Part shown: positions 1 to 12,333 of the stretch, piece after piece
How positions within the stretch are numbered: position 1 is the stretch's first letter
Layout of the letters: every line of letters starts with the position of its first letter
Source: Felis catus
Taxonomy: Eukaryota
Direction of reading: 5' to 3'
NCBI RefSeq assembly: GCF_018350175.1
Contig: NC_058368.1
Coordinates: 158,040,001 to 158,104,000 of the forward strand
DNA length: 64,000 nt
Made by a program: the position numbers and the translations under genes
Notes under the pieces: model-generated
Databases searched by the model: none
Told to the model about the DNA's origin: nothing
What the model saw: only the letters and a program-made list of their open reading frames with translations

Positions 1-69
1 CACTCTCTTGTAAATAAATTAAATACATAAATACATATCTTCCTTCCATATATCCTCTCTTGTTGAAAA

Positions 70-240
70 TTCATTTTCTTCATAGCTCTTACCATAGTTG
101 TAATTATTTATTTGTTGAGTTATTTTTTTCTCTCTTTTCCCTTATACTTAAAGATCTGTGATAGAAAATTATCTATTTAGAGACCATCATAACTCCATTA
201 TTTGGCAAAGTAGGCTGTAAACAAATGTTAATGGATGAAA
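70..240 (+). mobile_element. L2 LINE 3' end relic
   Basis: Degenerate match to the L2 3' end (catagctcttaccatagttgtaattatttatttg ... acaaatgttaatggatgaa). Confidence 0.55.
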
Positions 241-529
241 GGATGGGCCACTGGGCTCCTGAAGGCTGAGGAAAGGGAGGTTTTGTGGGGAAAACACTGA
301 ATATAGAGAAAGAGCTCACTCTGAAGATCCAGTTGACAATAAAAATTCCCTCTGGGTCCAAAATAGAGAGCGCAAATGAGTAAAGACAGCAGGAATATGA
401 TTACAGAAAGGAATTTCCCTTCATTCTAAGTGTTTGGAGGCTACCATGAAGTAGTGAGAAAGCTGATGACTTGGAAAAAGATGACTTCATCTCACTAAAG
501 ATGATGGATGGGACTTAGCTAACCCAATA

Positions 530-900
530 TTTGCCATGAGAGTATAAGAGGCTATTAAAGCCAGAACTCGATTTTTTTTTCAAGAGAAGCTAGAAATATA
601 ACATTTCAAGTGAATTGTATTAATTTTTTTAAGTTTATTTTGAAAGAGAGCAGGGCAGAGACAGAAGGAGAGAGAGAACCCCAAGCAGGCTCTGTGCTGC
701 CAGCTTGGAGCTCAATGCTGGACTTGGTCCCATGACCATGAGATCATGACCTGAGCCAAAATCAAGAGTTGGATGGAAGCTTAGCCAACTGAGCCACCCA
801 GGCTCCCCTGGATTCTACTGAAATCAATGCTGGCAACTGAATCAGAAACTTTAAAACTTTATAGGAGCCAGTTTCTAGTGAGCTAAACATACCTGTTTGA
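530..900 (+). mobile_element. MER102-like hAT DNA transposon relic, interrupted by a Can-SINE
   Basis: ttttcaagagaagctagaaat...aatgctggcaactgaatc resembles the MER102 core; a similar motif occurs at about 60250. Confidence 0.5.
624..808 (-). mobile_element. Can-SINE (tRNA-derived carnivore SINE)
   Basis: Reverse-complemented head (gagccacccaggctcccc), gagatcatgacctgagcc core, GA-rich segment and T-tail. Confidence 0.93.
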
Positions 901-1212
901 ACTGCTATTCTCACAAAAATTGTCATTCCCTTTGTAGGTTTCCTACAGGCAAAATCTCTTAAAAGTATAGAGTGATCCCTAATAACTCCCTAAAACTCAC
1001 TGCCATCACTTGGAAATCTAAGTGGTTTAAAATTCAACTTTTCCAAGACAATCAAGACCATTGTTCTGAGTTCTGTCTTCCAAATCCATGTCAGTTACAA
1101 AATATTTCTTTAATATACCTAACTCAGTCATTAGAAACTTGAGTGCCTAGATAGGCAGCTATAATTTTTCTCTCTGCTAGGTTATAACTTGTGCAGCTTA
1201 CAGTTGTATTTT

Positions 1213-1433
1213 ATTTATTTTTATTTTTTAAATGTTTATTTTTCAGAGAGACAGAGACAGAGAGAGCATGCACAGGGGTGGGGGCAGAGAGAGAGGGAGA
1301 CACAGAATCTGAAGCAGGCTCCAGACTCTGAGCTGTTGGCTGAGAGCCTGATGTGGGACTTGAACCACGAACCATGAGATCATGAGCTGAGCCAAAGTTG
1401 GCTGCTTAATCAACGGAGCCACCCAGGCATCCC
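1213..1433 (-). mobile_element. Can-SINE (felid SINEC_Fc type)
   Basis: Full head/core/tail; TSD ttacagttg(t/c)atttt on both sides. Confidence 0.96.
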
Positions 1434-1584
1434 TTACAGTTGCATTTTAAAACTTATTACATTTTATCCTTTTTATATTACTGATTTTGCTCTGGAAAAT
1501 TGATTTAAAATTGATTTACATGAAAGGAAATTGTCAGGATAAGTCTTGTTCCTTATTTTCATGGGGTTTATGGCTTGTGCAGTC

Positions 1585-1900
1585 TGTTGTCAGTATACTA
1601 TGGTCCAAGGGCCAAATCTGCTCAGTCAGCTATTTTTATACAGCCTGAGAGCTAAGAATGGTCATTACATTTTTAAATAGTTGAAGCATTCAAAGAATAA
1701 TATTTTGTGACACACAAAAATTTTATGAAATTCAAATTTTAGTGACCATAAATAAAATTTTATTGGAATGCAGCCACACTCATTTTTCATTCTGCTGTCT
1801 ATGGCTGCTTTTGTACAATAATAACAGAGTTGAACAGTTGCAAAATATACCGTATGGTATACAAAGCCTAAGATATTTACTGTTGGCCCTTTACAGAAAT
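1585..1900 (+). mobile_element. MER58B-like hAT-Charlie element
   Basis: gggccaaatctg...gagctaagaatgg...ttttattggaatgcagccacactcat...tatttactgttggccctttacagaaa. Confidence 0.8.
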
Positions 1901-2142
1901 TTAGATCTAGAGAAGTAATTACTAGACTTCGGGATTTCATGGACCAGTAAAATTAAAGAGGTAGAGAGGAGAGTAAACAAACACAGAGCTGCCAACTTTT
2001 AGTGTACTGCCAATAAAGACCCTTAAACAAATGTTGTCATCACCAGAATTTAATAAAAGAAGGTATATTATAGCAGAAAGAAATAATAATGGACATATTC
2101 TCAGAATAAAGGGAATATTGTATGCTTAAAAGCATGGGTCTT

Positions 2143-2415
2143 GACAGATACCATATGGTTTCACTCTTATGTGGATCCTGAGAAACTTAACATAAACCCA
2201 TGGGAGAGGGGAAGAAAAAAAAAAAGAAGTTAGAGTGGGAGAGAGCCAAAGCATAAGAGACTCTTAAAAATGGAGAACAAACTGAAGGTTGATGGGGGTG
2301 GGAGGGAGGGGAGGGAGGGTGAGGGGTATTGAGGAGGGCACCTTTTGGGATGAGCACTGGGTGTTGTATGGAAACCAATTTGACAATAAACTTCATATGT
2401 TGAAAAAAAAAAAAA
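2143..2415 (+). mobile_element. Young felid L1 3' end (5'-truncated, about 270 bp) inserted in a MIR
   Basis: Near-identical to the 3' end of the L1 at 45582-47660; poly(A); TSD aaaagcatggg(t/g)ctt. Confidence 0.95.
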
Positions 2416-2722
2416 GCATGGGGCTTTGGAGTTAAACCTAACTAGTTTGAATATAGGGTCCACTTTTCTCTACATGTCATGAAAATTTTCAGATTGATCC
2501 TTTTTTTTTTTGTATTATTTTAAATAAACCAACAAGTCCTAGGTTATCCCATTTTCCCATTTTTTTCTTTACCCAGCTCACACTCCTGGATCTCACCCTA
2601 CTAAGAATGACTGTTATATGGGAATGCATCTGTTTTTTGTCTTTTATTATTCCTCACCTTTATTTATGCATCCCAAGTACCAAATTAGTTTTAATACCCT
2701 TGAAGATGGAGACTACAATTTG

Positions 2723-2725
<3 letters not shown>

Positions 2726-2756
<31 letters not shown>
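2726..2756. repeat. poly(T) tract (31 nt)
   Basis: Direct reading. Confidence 0.95.
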
Positions 2757-2759
<3 letters not shown>

Positions 2760-4319
2760 ATTTTAGCATCTAATGTGATACTAATATAGTTAGGGTTCCT
2801 GTACTATATAGAATTAGTCCCCTGGATAGAGAGTTCTCCTGGCTCCCACATTGTATCTTCTGCCTTATCCACAGAAAATACTGAGTCTGAGAAACAAAAT
2901 CATTAGTCTTTTCTACCTTTCAGAAATAAATGGTTGCTTTCCAGAGCTAATTAGGATGGTCCAGTGTTGGCAACACAAACATGACAGAATGTCTCTTTAT
3001 AATCTCTTTTTGTATAATTCATTTCTCTTATAGTCATATATAATATGATATAGATCACAAGTTCAAGAGCATTTTGCCTTTTATCCATGTGGCACAAAGT
3101 CAAGTAAGGTCCCTATTAGAATGGGTACCTGACTTTAAAAACCTGTGATCATCTAGAAATAATATTAAGAGGAAACTTAATATAGTAGCTGAAATATATA
3201 ATTTGCTGGCTTAGAGAAAAAAATGGACCATAATGGCTCTTAAAAAAAATTAAGTAATTACAGGATTCAGCTGCTTGAGCTTTGATTCAGCATAGGACCA
3301 ACAAGCCCCTAGGACTCCTGTGGAGTTTTCTCACTGCCTCTCAGCTGGAGCTAACCCTTCAAAGTAATTAAGAAATAATTTCATAGTAGCCACACATGTA
3401 GGCAATCAGATCCAATATAGGAAACACCTGTTTTTACTTCGCTTCTGGCTTGCTTTCTAATAGGGCATATTTGCCTTGGGACATTGTGTTTGCTTGTGTA
3501 ATTGTGCATAGAGCATTTTCAGATTTCACCACAGATGGATCCTGAAAGCAGTTCTGAGTGAGTGTGTCTGGGTAAGCAAGACCCAAAAAGCCCTCCTACT
3601 CTTCTGTACAAGCAGACGTAAGCAGAATGAGGCCTTGCCCTACTCTCTGCCCACACTATGCAGGGCAAACAGGAAGCAGTTGGTGAACAGCTTGGGTCTT
3701 TCCAGGCTTAGCAACCAGGTTTTTATTTGGTTTACAACTCCCGACCCATCCAACCAAAAACAGTGGAAAATATGCAGGTCAACAGCCAGACAGTGATAAA
3801 TGCTGACAAGTAGTCCCATTGTCATCGAAGTAGAAGAGGCTCTGATCCAGTGGCAGGATATGCCTCAAGTGTGTGGAGTTTCAGAATTATGCATATTAGC
3901 TGCACCCTGATAGGTGTGTTCATGAACCAGCCCAGAAGAAGGATGTTCTGATAGTCACAAAAGAACAGAAAGAGTTGAGGACATGGAGAACATAGAGACA
4001 GAGAAAAGAATTGCAAGGAGAATATGGATTGAGGAGATTCCAAAGTCCAAAAAACCAGGTCAGAATAAAAAGTGACATTCATTAGCTCTGTTTATACATA
4101 TGAATGGAAATGACGTGGAGAACAGGGGCAATGGAATGGAAAAAGTCATGCTCGCAAGAAGTAGATTGATATTTATGATAAGAGTATTTTAGGCTTGAAT
4201 TATCTCTCATTTTCTTCAATTTTATGCTTTGTTTTGGGTGGACAGAAATATAGGAAAATATTAACAATATTCATGACTTGTGTATAAATTAAGTGCTTAG
4301 ACATAATGTGTTAGATACT

Positions 4320-5015
4320 AGTTTTACTGAGGTATAATTTACATACTGTAAAATTTACCCTTTTTAAGCGTACAATATAGTGGGGCTCTTTTTGTATATT
4401 ATCAGAGTTGTGCACCTATCACTACTACCTAGTTTTAGAAGATTCCATCACTGCTCCCCTCAAAAAGTCTATGCCCATTAGCAGTTTCCCCTCCTCCAGA
4501 CTCTTCAAGTCCTAATCAGCTCTCTGTCTCTCTGGCTTTGCCTGTGGTGGACATTGCATACACATGGAATCATAGAATATGTGGCTTTTTGTGTGTCGCT
4601 TCTTTTACTTAGTATGATGTTTTCAAAATTTGTGTAGTAGCATATAACATTACTTCACTCCTTATGTCTAAATAATATCCCACTGTATGGGTATCTCACA
4701 TTTTGTTTATTCATCAGTTGATAGACATTTGGATTGTTTCCATTTTTGGAAATTATGAATAATGCTACCATGAACACTTGTGTGCAAGTTTTTGTATGGA
4801 TGTACATTTTCAATTATCTTGGGTATGTAGGAGTGGAATTGTTGGATCATGTGGTCACTGTATGTTTAACTTTTTGATAAACTACCAGGAATTGTTTTCC
4901 AAAACAACTGCCTGATTTTCCATTCCCTCCAGGGAATGAGGGTTTCAATTTCTTTGTATCCTCTCCAATGCTTGTTATTATCCACCTTTTTGGTTATAGC
5001 CTTCTTACTAAGTGG
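4320..5015 (-). mobile_element. Old eutherian L1 (L1MB-like) 3' region
   Basis: tttactgaggtataatttacatac...tggaatcatagaatatgtgg...gacatttggattgtttccatttttgg. Confidence 0.85.
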
Positions 5016-5244
5016 TCAGTTGTAATGATTCTGAGTAGGCCTCCAAACTACCACAGGTGAAATGGGGCTGGGTATTTCATCTGGTTTTAACATCTGATTC
5101 ATATTATTTTAGAATTGTAGACCAAATTAATTAAATTAAGAATGTACATTTGACTCTAATTTAGGGCTGATTTTACCCTGTCAGTGGGTATCACTTAATG
5201 TGGGTCATGTTTTAATAATTATCATGGGCATAATATATGTGTGC

Positions 5245-5467
5245 TTTTTAATTTTTTTTAAATTTTATTTAAATCCAATTGAATTAACATATAGTGTAAT
5301 AATGATTTCAGGAGTAGAATTAGTGATTCATCACATATATAACACCCAGTGCTCATCCCAACAAATGCCCTTCTTAATGCCTATTGTCCACTTAGCATAT
5401 CTCTCCACCCAACACGCCTGCAGCAACCCTCAGTTTGTTCTCTGTAGTCAAGAGTCTCTTATGGTTT
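5245..5467 (-). mobile_element. Carnivore L1 3' UTR fragment
   Basis: aacacccagtgctcatcccaacaaatgccc...aaccctcagtttgttctctgtagtcaagagtctcttatgg with a T-tail. Confidence 0.9.
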
Positions 5468-5769
5468 ATTCACCAAGTCAAGTTTTGGGTTAAGTACTGA
5501 TGTAAACCAAGTGATTAAGCTGATACCCACATTGAAGTAGATGAGCACTCTGTTTGCAGGGACCTGATTGGCTGTAACTGCTTGTTAACCAAACAGAATA
5601 GCACAGGTGCACAACCCTAGTAATGGCTGCCAAGGCTTTTTCCTAATGGAGGTACATTGAGGCAGTACAGTATGAGGTATTGAAAAGAGGTCTGGCCTAG
5701 CAATCAAGGGATTTGGATTTCAGTTCTGTAATGAACTGTACCCAATCTTGTTCCCCAGCACTGACTCTT

Positions 5770-5990
5770 TCCTACCAGGTTGGATATGACGTCTCTTTGC
5801 TTACTATAGTCTCCCTGTACTTATACAGAGTGCACTTAAAAGTTTTTACATTATTGCTTCCTTAACTGACTGCTTTTGGTCTCTCATCTGTAAGCCCTGT
5901 GAGGTTGAGGAATCCCTTCTGGTTTGTCTTCCATTTCATTGTCACTGCTTTATCCCAGTGCCTGACATGAAGTAACTGGTTATTAAATAT
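5770..5990 (+). mobile_element. L2 3' end relic
   Basis: ctgtaagccctgtgagg...tttatcccagtgcctgacat. Confidence 0.6.
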
Positions 5991-6059
5991 TATGAAGATC
6001 TCGTACACATCGACGAACTACAACTTCAACTTAACATTAGTATCAACTGTTATTTACCT

Positions 6060-6250
6060 AAATGGTACCTCCCTTTAGAGATTAAATGTTCTTATTTGTA
6101 AAATAGAAATTGGGGGTATTAGTAGTATGTACCTCATTGTGTTTTTATGAGGATTAAATTAAATATAAGTTTAGACACTTCAGTTGGTGTCTAAACTTCA
6201 GTTGGCACACAATAATCAATTATTAAATATGCTTCACTATCATTATTTTG
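6060..6250 (+). mobile_element. MIR relic
   Basis: tcttatttgtaaaatag...tacctcattgtgtttttatgaggattaaat core. Confidence 0.7.
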
Positions 6251-6302
6251 ATTTTCAGTCTCCAATACCATTTTCTCAATGAAAATTAGAAAATTAGAAA
6301 CC

Positions 6303-6492
6303 GCTCAGGTGGTTAAGTGTCCGACTCTTGATTTCAGCTCAGGTCATGATCTCATGGTTGGTGTGTTCAAGCCCCACGTCAGGCTCTGCACTGATAGTGT
6401 GTAGCCTACTTGAGATTCTCCCTCTCTCTCTGTCCCACCCCTGTGTGCACCTTCTCTGCCTCTCTCAAAAATAAATAAACTTAAAAAAAAAA
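6303..6492 (+). mobile_element. Can-SINE lacking its first ~14 nt
   Basis: gctcaggtggttaagtgtccgactcttgatttcagctcaggtcatgatctc...aaataaataaacttaaaa. Confidence 0.93.
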
Positions 6493-7836
6493 GGTCTGAA
6501 TAAGGGTCTCATTAAAATGCCTCCCATTTCTAATATTCTTATATGACATTTGCTAGTATGATAATCCATATGCATGGTGCTTATGAATATTCCATTTCTG
6601 GAGCAGGTGATATGGTGTTGACATGTGTATGTAGGAGCTTGATAACAATAAAAATTCCTGATTTCATTTATGGAGACAAAATTACATATGACAACTGTTG
6701 TTTTTCTCCACAGCATTTGTGGTTTGAAACTCAGCTTTATTTTTCTTTTGTACATTGATGATGTACAGTGAAATATTAAGGTGGGTTTAGGAAAGTTTCA
6801 GAAAATGTCAAGTGTCCTTTGTGGTGAAATCAAATCCTGTGGGTTGTTGCTTTTTGATTTAGAAAAGGTCATAATCATGGACCATTTCAAATTTTCAAAG
6901 TAACTTTACGAGTATTCTGCTTCTCTGGGGAACTACATTGTAGAAAATACACTAGCCCTAACTGGTTTTCTAACTATGCTCTGCAACTCCAAACCTGAAT
7001 TCCTAATATTATACAGGAGGAAAATGCAATATTAATTCCTACTCTTCCGAAAATATTTTCTTGAAAATAATAAACCTCTATTTAGGGAAAATGGCTTTTA
7101 CTCAGATTCAATCCATTTATACCACTATTGATTTATGTTAAAGGACTATCTAATTGGCTTTGTCAGTCATATTTGGATTAATGAAGTATAGATGATTCAT
7201 ACCCCAATCGAATCCCATGGGTAAATTTAACTCCCCTCAAGCTATCTTTGTGTTTCTACTTCTTATTCCATCTTCTCTACCTAAGACTAAACTCTCCATG
7301 TCTCTTCTCTTTTATCTTTCTTGGTTTGACCTTGTACAATCTTTTGACTTTTATTTCATCTCCATCACCTTTTCTTTTTCCAAACCACTTGCCTCTTTTT
7401 AAAAAATTTTATCATCTGTACATAAAAGAGAGATTTTAGTAAAAGTCCTAATTTTTACATAGTTTATTCTTACAAGATAATTTCACTACACTGAAGATTT
7501 CTGTAGCTAATTCCACAAAGGTCAAGGAGCATTTAGCCAAAATGCCACTGAGCAAATCACATATTACATGGCTTTGAGCCACTTGCAATCCAAATACTTA
7601 ATACCCATGAATAAACCTTGGTTGGAATTACAGAATAACAGAATGCGGGAACCTTTTATAATCCCCTGTTCAAATATCCCTTTTAATGTGAAATGTAACT
7701 CAGTAGAAATTATTCCAAAATAAAGTGAATAAACCTAAATGAATAGGTTAATGTATATTGTAAGCCCTCATATAGTCATTACATAGGTTAAGAAATGAAA
7801 CATTGCCAAGTATAGATTTATAGGAATTTTGACATT

Positions 7837-8177
7837 TGGTATGTCTGAACATTTGTGTCTTCCAACTCCCGTTCATGTCCTAATCCCCAAAGGTGATGGT
7901 ATTACTAGGTGGACCCTTTGGGAGGTGATTAGGTCGTGAGAGTGGAGCTCTCATGAATAGATTAGTGTTCTTATGAAGGATACCACAGGAGTCCCCAGCC
8001 CCCCCTTCCCTTCTATGAGGATACAAGTAGTCCACAACCCAGAAGAGGGCCCTCACCCAACCATGTTGGCACATTCATCTCTGACTTGAGTCCCCAGAAT
8101 TGTAGGAAATAGATTTGTTGTTTATAAGCTCTCCGGTCTGTGGTATTCGATTACAGCACCCCAAATGAACTAAGACG
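7837..8177 (+). mobile_element. MaLR solo LTR (MLT1A-like)
   Basis: ctttgggaggtgattaggtcgtgagagtggagctctcatgaat...gaactaagac; 5-bp TSD acatt/acatc. Confidence 0.9.
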
Positions 8178-8179
8178 AC

Positions 8180-9355
8180 ATCCATTAGCGTGAGTCTTCC
8201 CAGCTTGTTCTTCAGAAAGGGCTTAGTTATTCACCTATTTTTGCTGCATTTACATTTAGAAAGAGATTTACACATCCTAGAAAACTCCTGCTGGGATTTT
8301 CATGAGGATTGCATTGTACTTATAGATTAATATGGAGAACAAAATATATTTATCAACTATTTCTTTAGGTCTTAATTTTTTTCATAAACTTTTATGATGG
8401 TCTCTGCAGAAGTCTGGCATATGCTTTGGCAGATTTATTTCTAGGTACTCGATCTTATAAAGATTATCTCATAAAATTTTATAAATATATGTGCTGAAGT
8501 TTCGGGCATACTTTAAGGGATGTTTTTGCCTAGGTATTTGATATTTTATAATATTATAAATGCTTTCTCTATTTAAATTTTACTCTTTTTATATCTTGTC
8601 ATTTAGAAAGAAAATTGATTTGTATGTATTGATTTTCTATCCTGCAAACTTGTTCATCTGTCTTTTTAGTTCTAAGAATGTAACTATAGATTCCTTTAGT
8701 TGGTTTTTGTTTGTTTGTTTTCGTTGATTTCTAGTTTCATACCATTGTGGTGAGAAAAGATGCTTGGTATAATTTTAATCTTCTTAAATTTATCGAGACG
8801 TGTTTTGTGGCCTAACGTGATTTATCTTGGAGAGTGTTTCATGTGCACTTGAAAACAATGTGTATTCTGTTGGTTTTGAATGGAATGTTCTGTATATATC
8901 TGTTAGGTCCATCTGGTCTAATGTGTCATTCAAAGCCACTGTTTCCTTGTTGGTTTTCTGTCTGGATGATTTATTCATTGATGTAAGTGGGGTGTTAAAA
9001 TCTCCTGTTACTGTATTAACTGTCAGTTTCTCCCTTTATGTCTGTTAATTGCTTTAGACTTCTTTAATTTACAAAACCATATATTTATAAATAATAATCT
9101 TTGTTCTTCCGTTTTAATCCTTATAATACTTTTCTTAACATACAACACCATCTAGGACTTCCAGTGCAATGTGAAATAGAAGTCTTGATGCCAGACATCC
9201 TGTCTTGAAAGAGAAACTTCCAATATCTTTACCATTAAGCATAACATATGTTATAAGCATTTATAGATAATCTTTGTCCAATTAAGGACATTTTCTTTTT
9301 TCCTCAGTTTGCTAAGGGATTTTGTCTTTTAATCATGATGGATATTGAATTTTGT
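8180..9355 (-). mobile_element. Ancient L1M ORF2 relic (host of the 8701-9054 insert)
   Basis: Degenerate ORF2 antisense motifs (ctgctgggattttcatgaggattgcattg; tgattttctatcctgcaaacttg; ctaggacttccagtgcaatg). Confidence 0.75.
8701..9054 (-). mobile_element. Internal L1 ORF2 endonuclease-domain fragment
   Basis: Translates to SSRQKTNKETVALNDTLDQMDLTDIYRTFH..EYTLFSSAHETLSKINH, the L1 APE-type EN domain. Confidence 0.9.
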
Positions 9356-9359
9356 CAAG

Positions 9360-9470
9360 GTCTAGGTACTCAGTGTTACTGGAATCTTATTACTTCTAGA
9401 ACTTGTTAGTTAACAGTGCTAGAAAATATGGATACAAACATACATATACATGTATCTGTATCTCGATATC

Positions 9471-9502
<32 letters not shown>

Positions 9503-9890
9503 CACGCCCGTGAGTTTATAACTGATACCTCCTCCAATTCCAATCCAACACCACAAGGTTTATCCTAGCCTTCCCATTTCCCTACTTTACAATTCCTTTC
9601 TCCAATAAGAGAAACCCAGATCTCATTATACAGAATATATTTATGTATTTCTCAGTCCTAAAATACATATACTTTCAGTTCTAAACCATAATCCTGAGAA
9701 AAACAATTTTTTTAACTAGAGTACTATATTTGTATAGTCTTTAGCCTTAGAATTATTATGAAAATATTGTTTTACAGTTTCTTAGGTCCCTTTTCTCCCA
9801 CCCCATTTCATTGTGACTATGTTGTTGATTTGTTTTGCAGTTGGATATATTTTTTACTGTTTGTATATTCCACTTGGAGTTGCTTTCACA
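9360..9890 (-). mobile_element. L1MC-like 3' UTR relic containing (TG)n
   Basis: gagtttataactgatacctcc..caatccaacaccacaagg..gagaaacccagatctcatta motifs; (TG)n at about 9475-9502. Confidence 0.65.
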
Positions 9891-9919
9891 GTGTAGATGA
9901 ATTTTATTTTATTTTTAAA

Positions 9920-10977
9920 TTAAATTAAAATAAATTAATAGTTGTGAAATATTACCATGGTTCAAAAGTCAGAACTTTATGAAAGGGTACACTCAGAGCA
10001 ATGTCACTCTGATCATCCCTCTTTGCTGTTGCAATTCTCCCATCTTTCCATACCCTTCCCAGGCACCCTTTTTAGGTAACCTATCTCATTATTTTTTGTT
10101 TTGCCCTTCCTATATTTTTTTGGATAGATGAACAGATAAGGATATTTTATCTTCTATCTCATTTCTCTTACAAGATAGCATAGTATAGATGCTCTTGCAT
10201 TTTACTTTTTTACATTCAGTGTCATAGCCTAGAAATCATTCCTTATCAGTTCATAAATAACTTTCTCACTCTTTTTATTACTGCTGCATAGTACTCCATG
10301 ATTTATTTAACCACTCTACTTTTTATAGAGATTTATAATGTCTCTAATATTTTTCAATGCAAACATTGTGACAATGACTAGCCTTGTGCATGTGTGCTTT
10401 TGTGTGGTTAGAGCTGAAAATTCCTAATGTAGGATCACTTGGTCAAAGGTAAATGCATATATAATTTTGTTAGAAATTGCTAGCTTCTTCTAGAATGGTT
10501 GTACCAGTTTACGTTTGCATCAGCACTGTATAAGACAGTTTCCCTATAGCCTCGCTGAACCAGTGTGTTGTCATACATTCTAATAGTTGCTGATCTGATA
10601 GGTAAGAGATATTACCTCAGTGTTTTAATTTGTATTTATCTAATTGTTAATAATTTTGAACATCTTTTGATGTGCTTCAGGACTATTTTACATTCTTTTA
10701 TTTTCTGTAAACTGTCTTTTATGTTGTTTTCCCATTTTCCTATTGTTTTTTTAAATTTTTTATCCTTCGCATTTTAAGAATTCTTGGTGTATTAGGGACT
10801 TTAGTCTTTGGTTTGTGATATATGTTGAAAATATTTTCTCTTAGGGATGTCTGGGTGGCTCAGTTGATTAGTTGGTTAAGTGTCTGACTCTTGATTTCAG
10901 ATCAGGTCATGATGTCACATTTAGTGAGATCAAGCCCCATGTTGGGCTCTGCTCTGACTGTGTACATCCCACTTAAG

Positions 10978-11032
<55 letters not shown>

Positions 11033-11420
11033 CTCGCAGGCACATGAACTTGCATACTCTCTCTCAAAATAAATAAACATTAAAAAAAGAAAATATTTTC
11101 ATTTCATGTATCGTTTCTCTTTTAACTTTGATTATGGTGTGTAGATTTTTTTTTGCCTCACACAAGTATTTGTTGTTGTTTTCAAATTTATTAATCACTT
11201 CTTTTATTCCCTCTAGATATTAAGATATAGTTAGAAATACTTCTCTTACAATGAGATTAAAGGGAGATTCATTCATATTTTTCTTCTAGTATTTGTATAG
11301 ATTCATTTTTTTACATTAGGTCTTTCATTTTCCTAGAGTACACTCCTGTGTGCGGATCAAATTTTACATTTTTCTAAATCATTGCTGATTTTCTCAGCAC
11401 CATTTATTTATAAGTCCATC
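9920..11420 (-). mobile_element. L1ME-like relic interrupted by a Can-SINE
   Basis: ctgcatagtactccat, gttttaatttgtatttatct, cagcaccatttatta antisense L1 motifs. Confidence 0.7.
10843..11088 (+). mobile_element. Can-SINE with expanded (CT)n
   Basis: Head gggatgtctgggtggctcag, (CT)n, A-tail; TSD gaaaatattttc. Confidence 0.95.
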
Positions 11421-11621
11421 TTTCTAAATGCATTAGTGTCTGAGGCTCTGTGTCCTCTTTGGTAAAATGTAGATAATCTCTCTTTCAAATCCTGGTATAC
11501 AATTTAAATGATGTAACCTATACACTCTGGTGGGCACTTAATAAATGCTATTTCCCTTCCTATTAAACAATTACTATCTGTTGACTTAGAGTATCTAGAT
11601 GAAACCTGCATCTGTCTAGAG

Positions 11622-11800
11622 CAGCAGTTTTCAAATAGTAATATTCATAAAAATCACCTGGAATGCTGGCCAAAATGCACATTAGTTGGCCCTGTCCTTT
11701 AGATACTCTAATTCAGTGGGTCTGGTGTGGCTTAGGAACCTGCATTATATCCAGTCTGCATTATACCCAGATTTTGAGACCAAATTCTGAGAAGCATTAG
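11622..11800. mobile_element. MER5-like hAT MITE
   Basis: aatcacctggaatgct...ctctaattcagtgggtctggtgtgg...aacctgcatt...tgagaagcatt. Confidence 0.75.
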
Positions 11801-12239
11801 CCTGAGGGGTGTGTCTATCCCATCCATTCCCATGGTGGTGATTACAAATATGCAAAATTATCCACCAGCTAGGTTAATAAATCCCTATATTCATAAAACT
11901 ATTTTAAATCAGTTACAGAACAATTTTTCTGTGATAAGAATACTGAAGATTTCAAAAGTAAAAGTGTGATTAGAATTGATTTTAGTTCACTTAATTTTTG
12001 AGACAGATCATGAAGAAAATTAGGAATGCAGATATAAAGCAGGCAATTGTGTTGTGTGTTTAGTGACTCTTGGTATGTTAGTATGCTGTCCATATCGAAA
12101 CATCCTCCTTTAGAATCTGACAACATGGAGGAGAAAGATGTATTTTTGTATTGGCATTTCAAAGCTAATTAGAGAAAATAAAAGATAAAGAGGATCTCTT
12201 CTAGAGCAGATGCCTTTTTTTAGTTCCAGCTATGCTAAA

Positions 12240-12271
12240 AATAATATGCTTGACTTACACATGATAGTAAC

Positions 12272-12304
<33 letters not shown>

Positions 12305-12333
12305 TAATAATAATGTGCTTGACTTACACATGA
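12240..12333 (+). repeat. (AAT)n microsatellite flanked by a 25-bp direct repeat
   Basis: aataat(a/g)tgcttgacttacacatga at 12240-12264 and 12309-12333. Confidence 0.9.

Noticed and set aside
3523..3577. Plus-strand exon-like segment and other isolated strong donors (about 18190, 26564, 34131, 51959)
   Set aside because: Consensus splice sites occur often by chance on both strands, and no coherent coding chain could be built.
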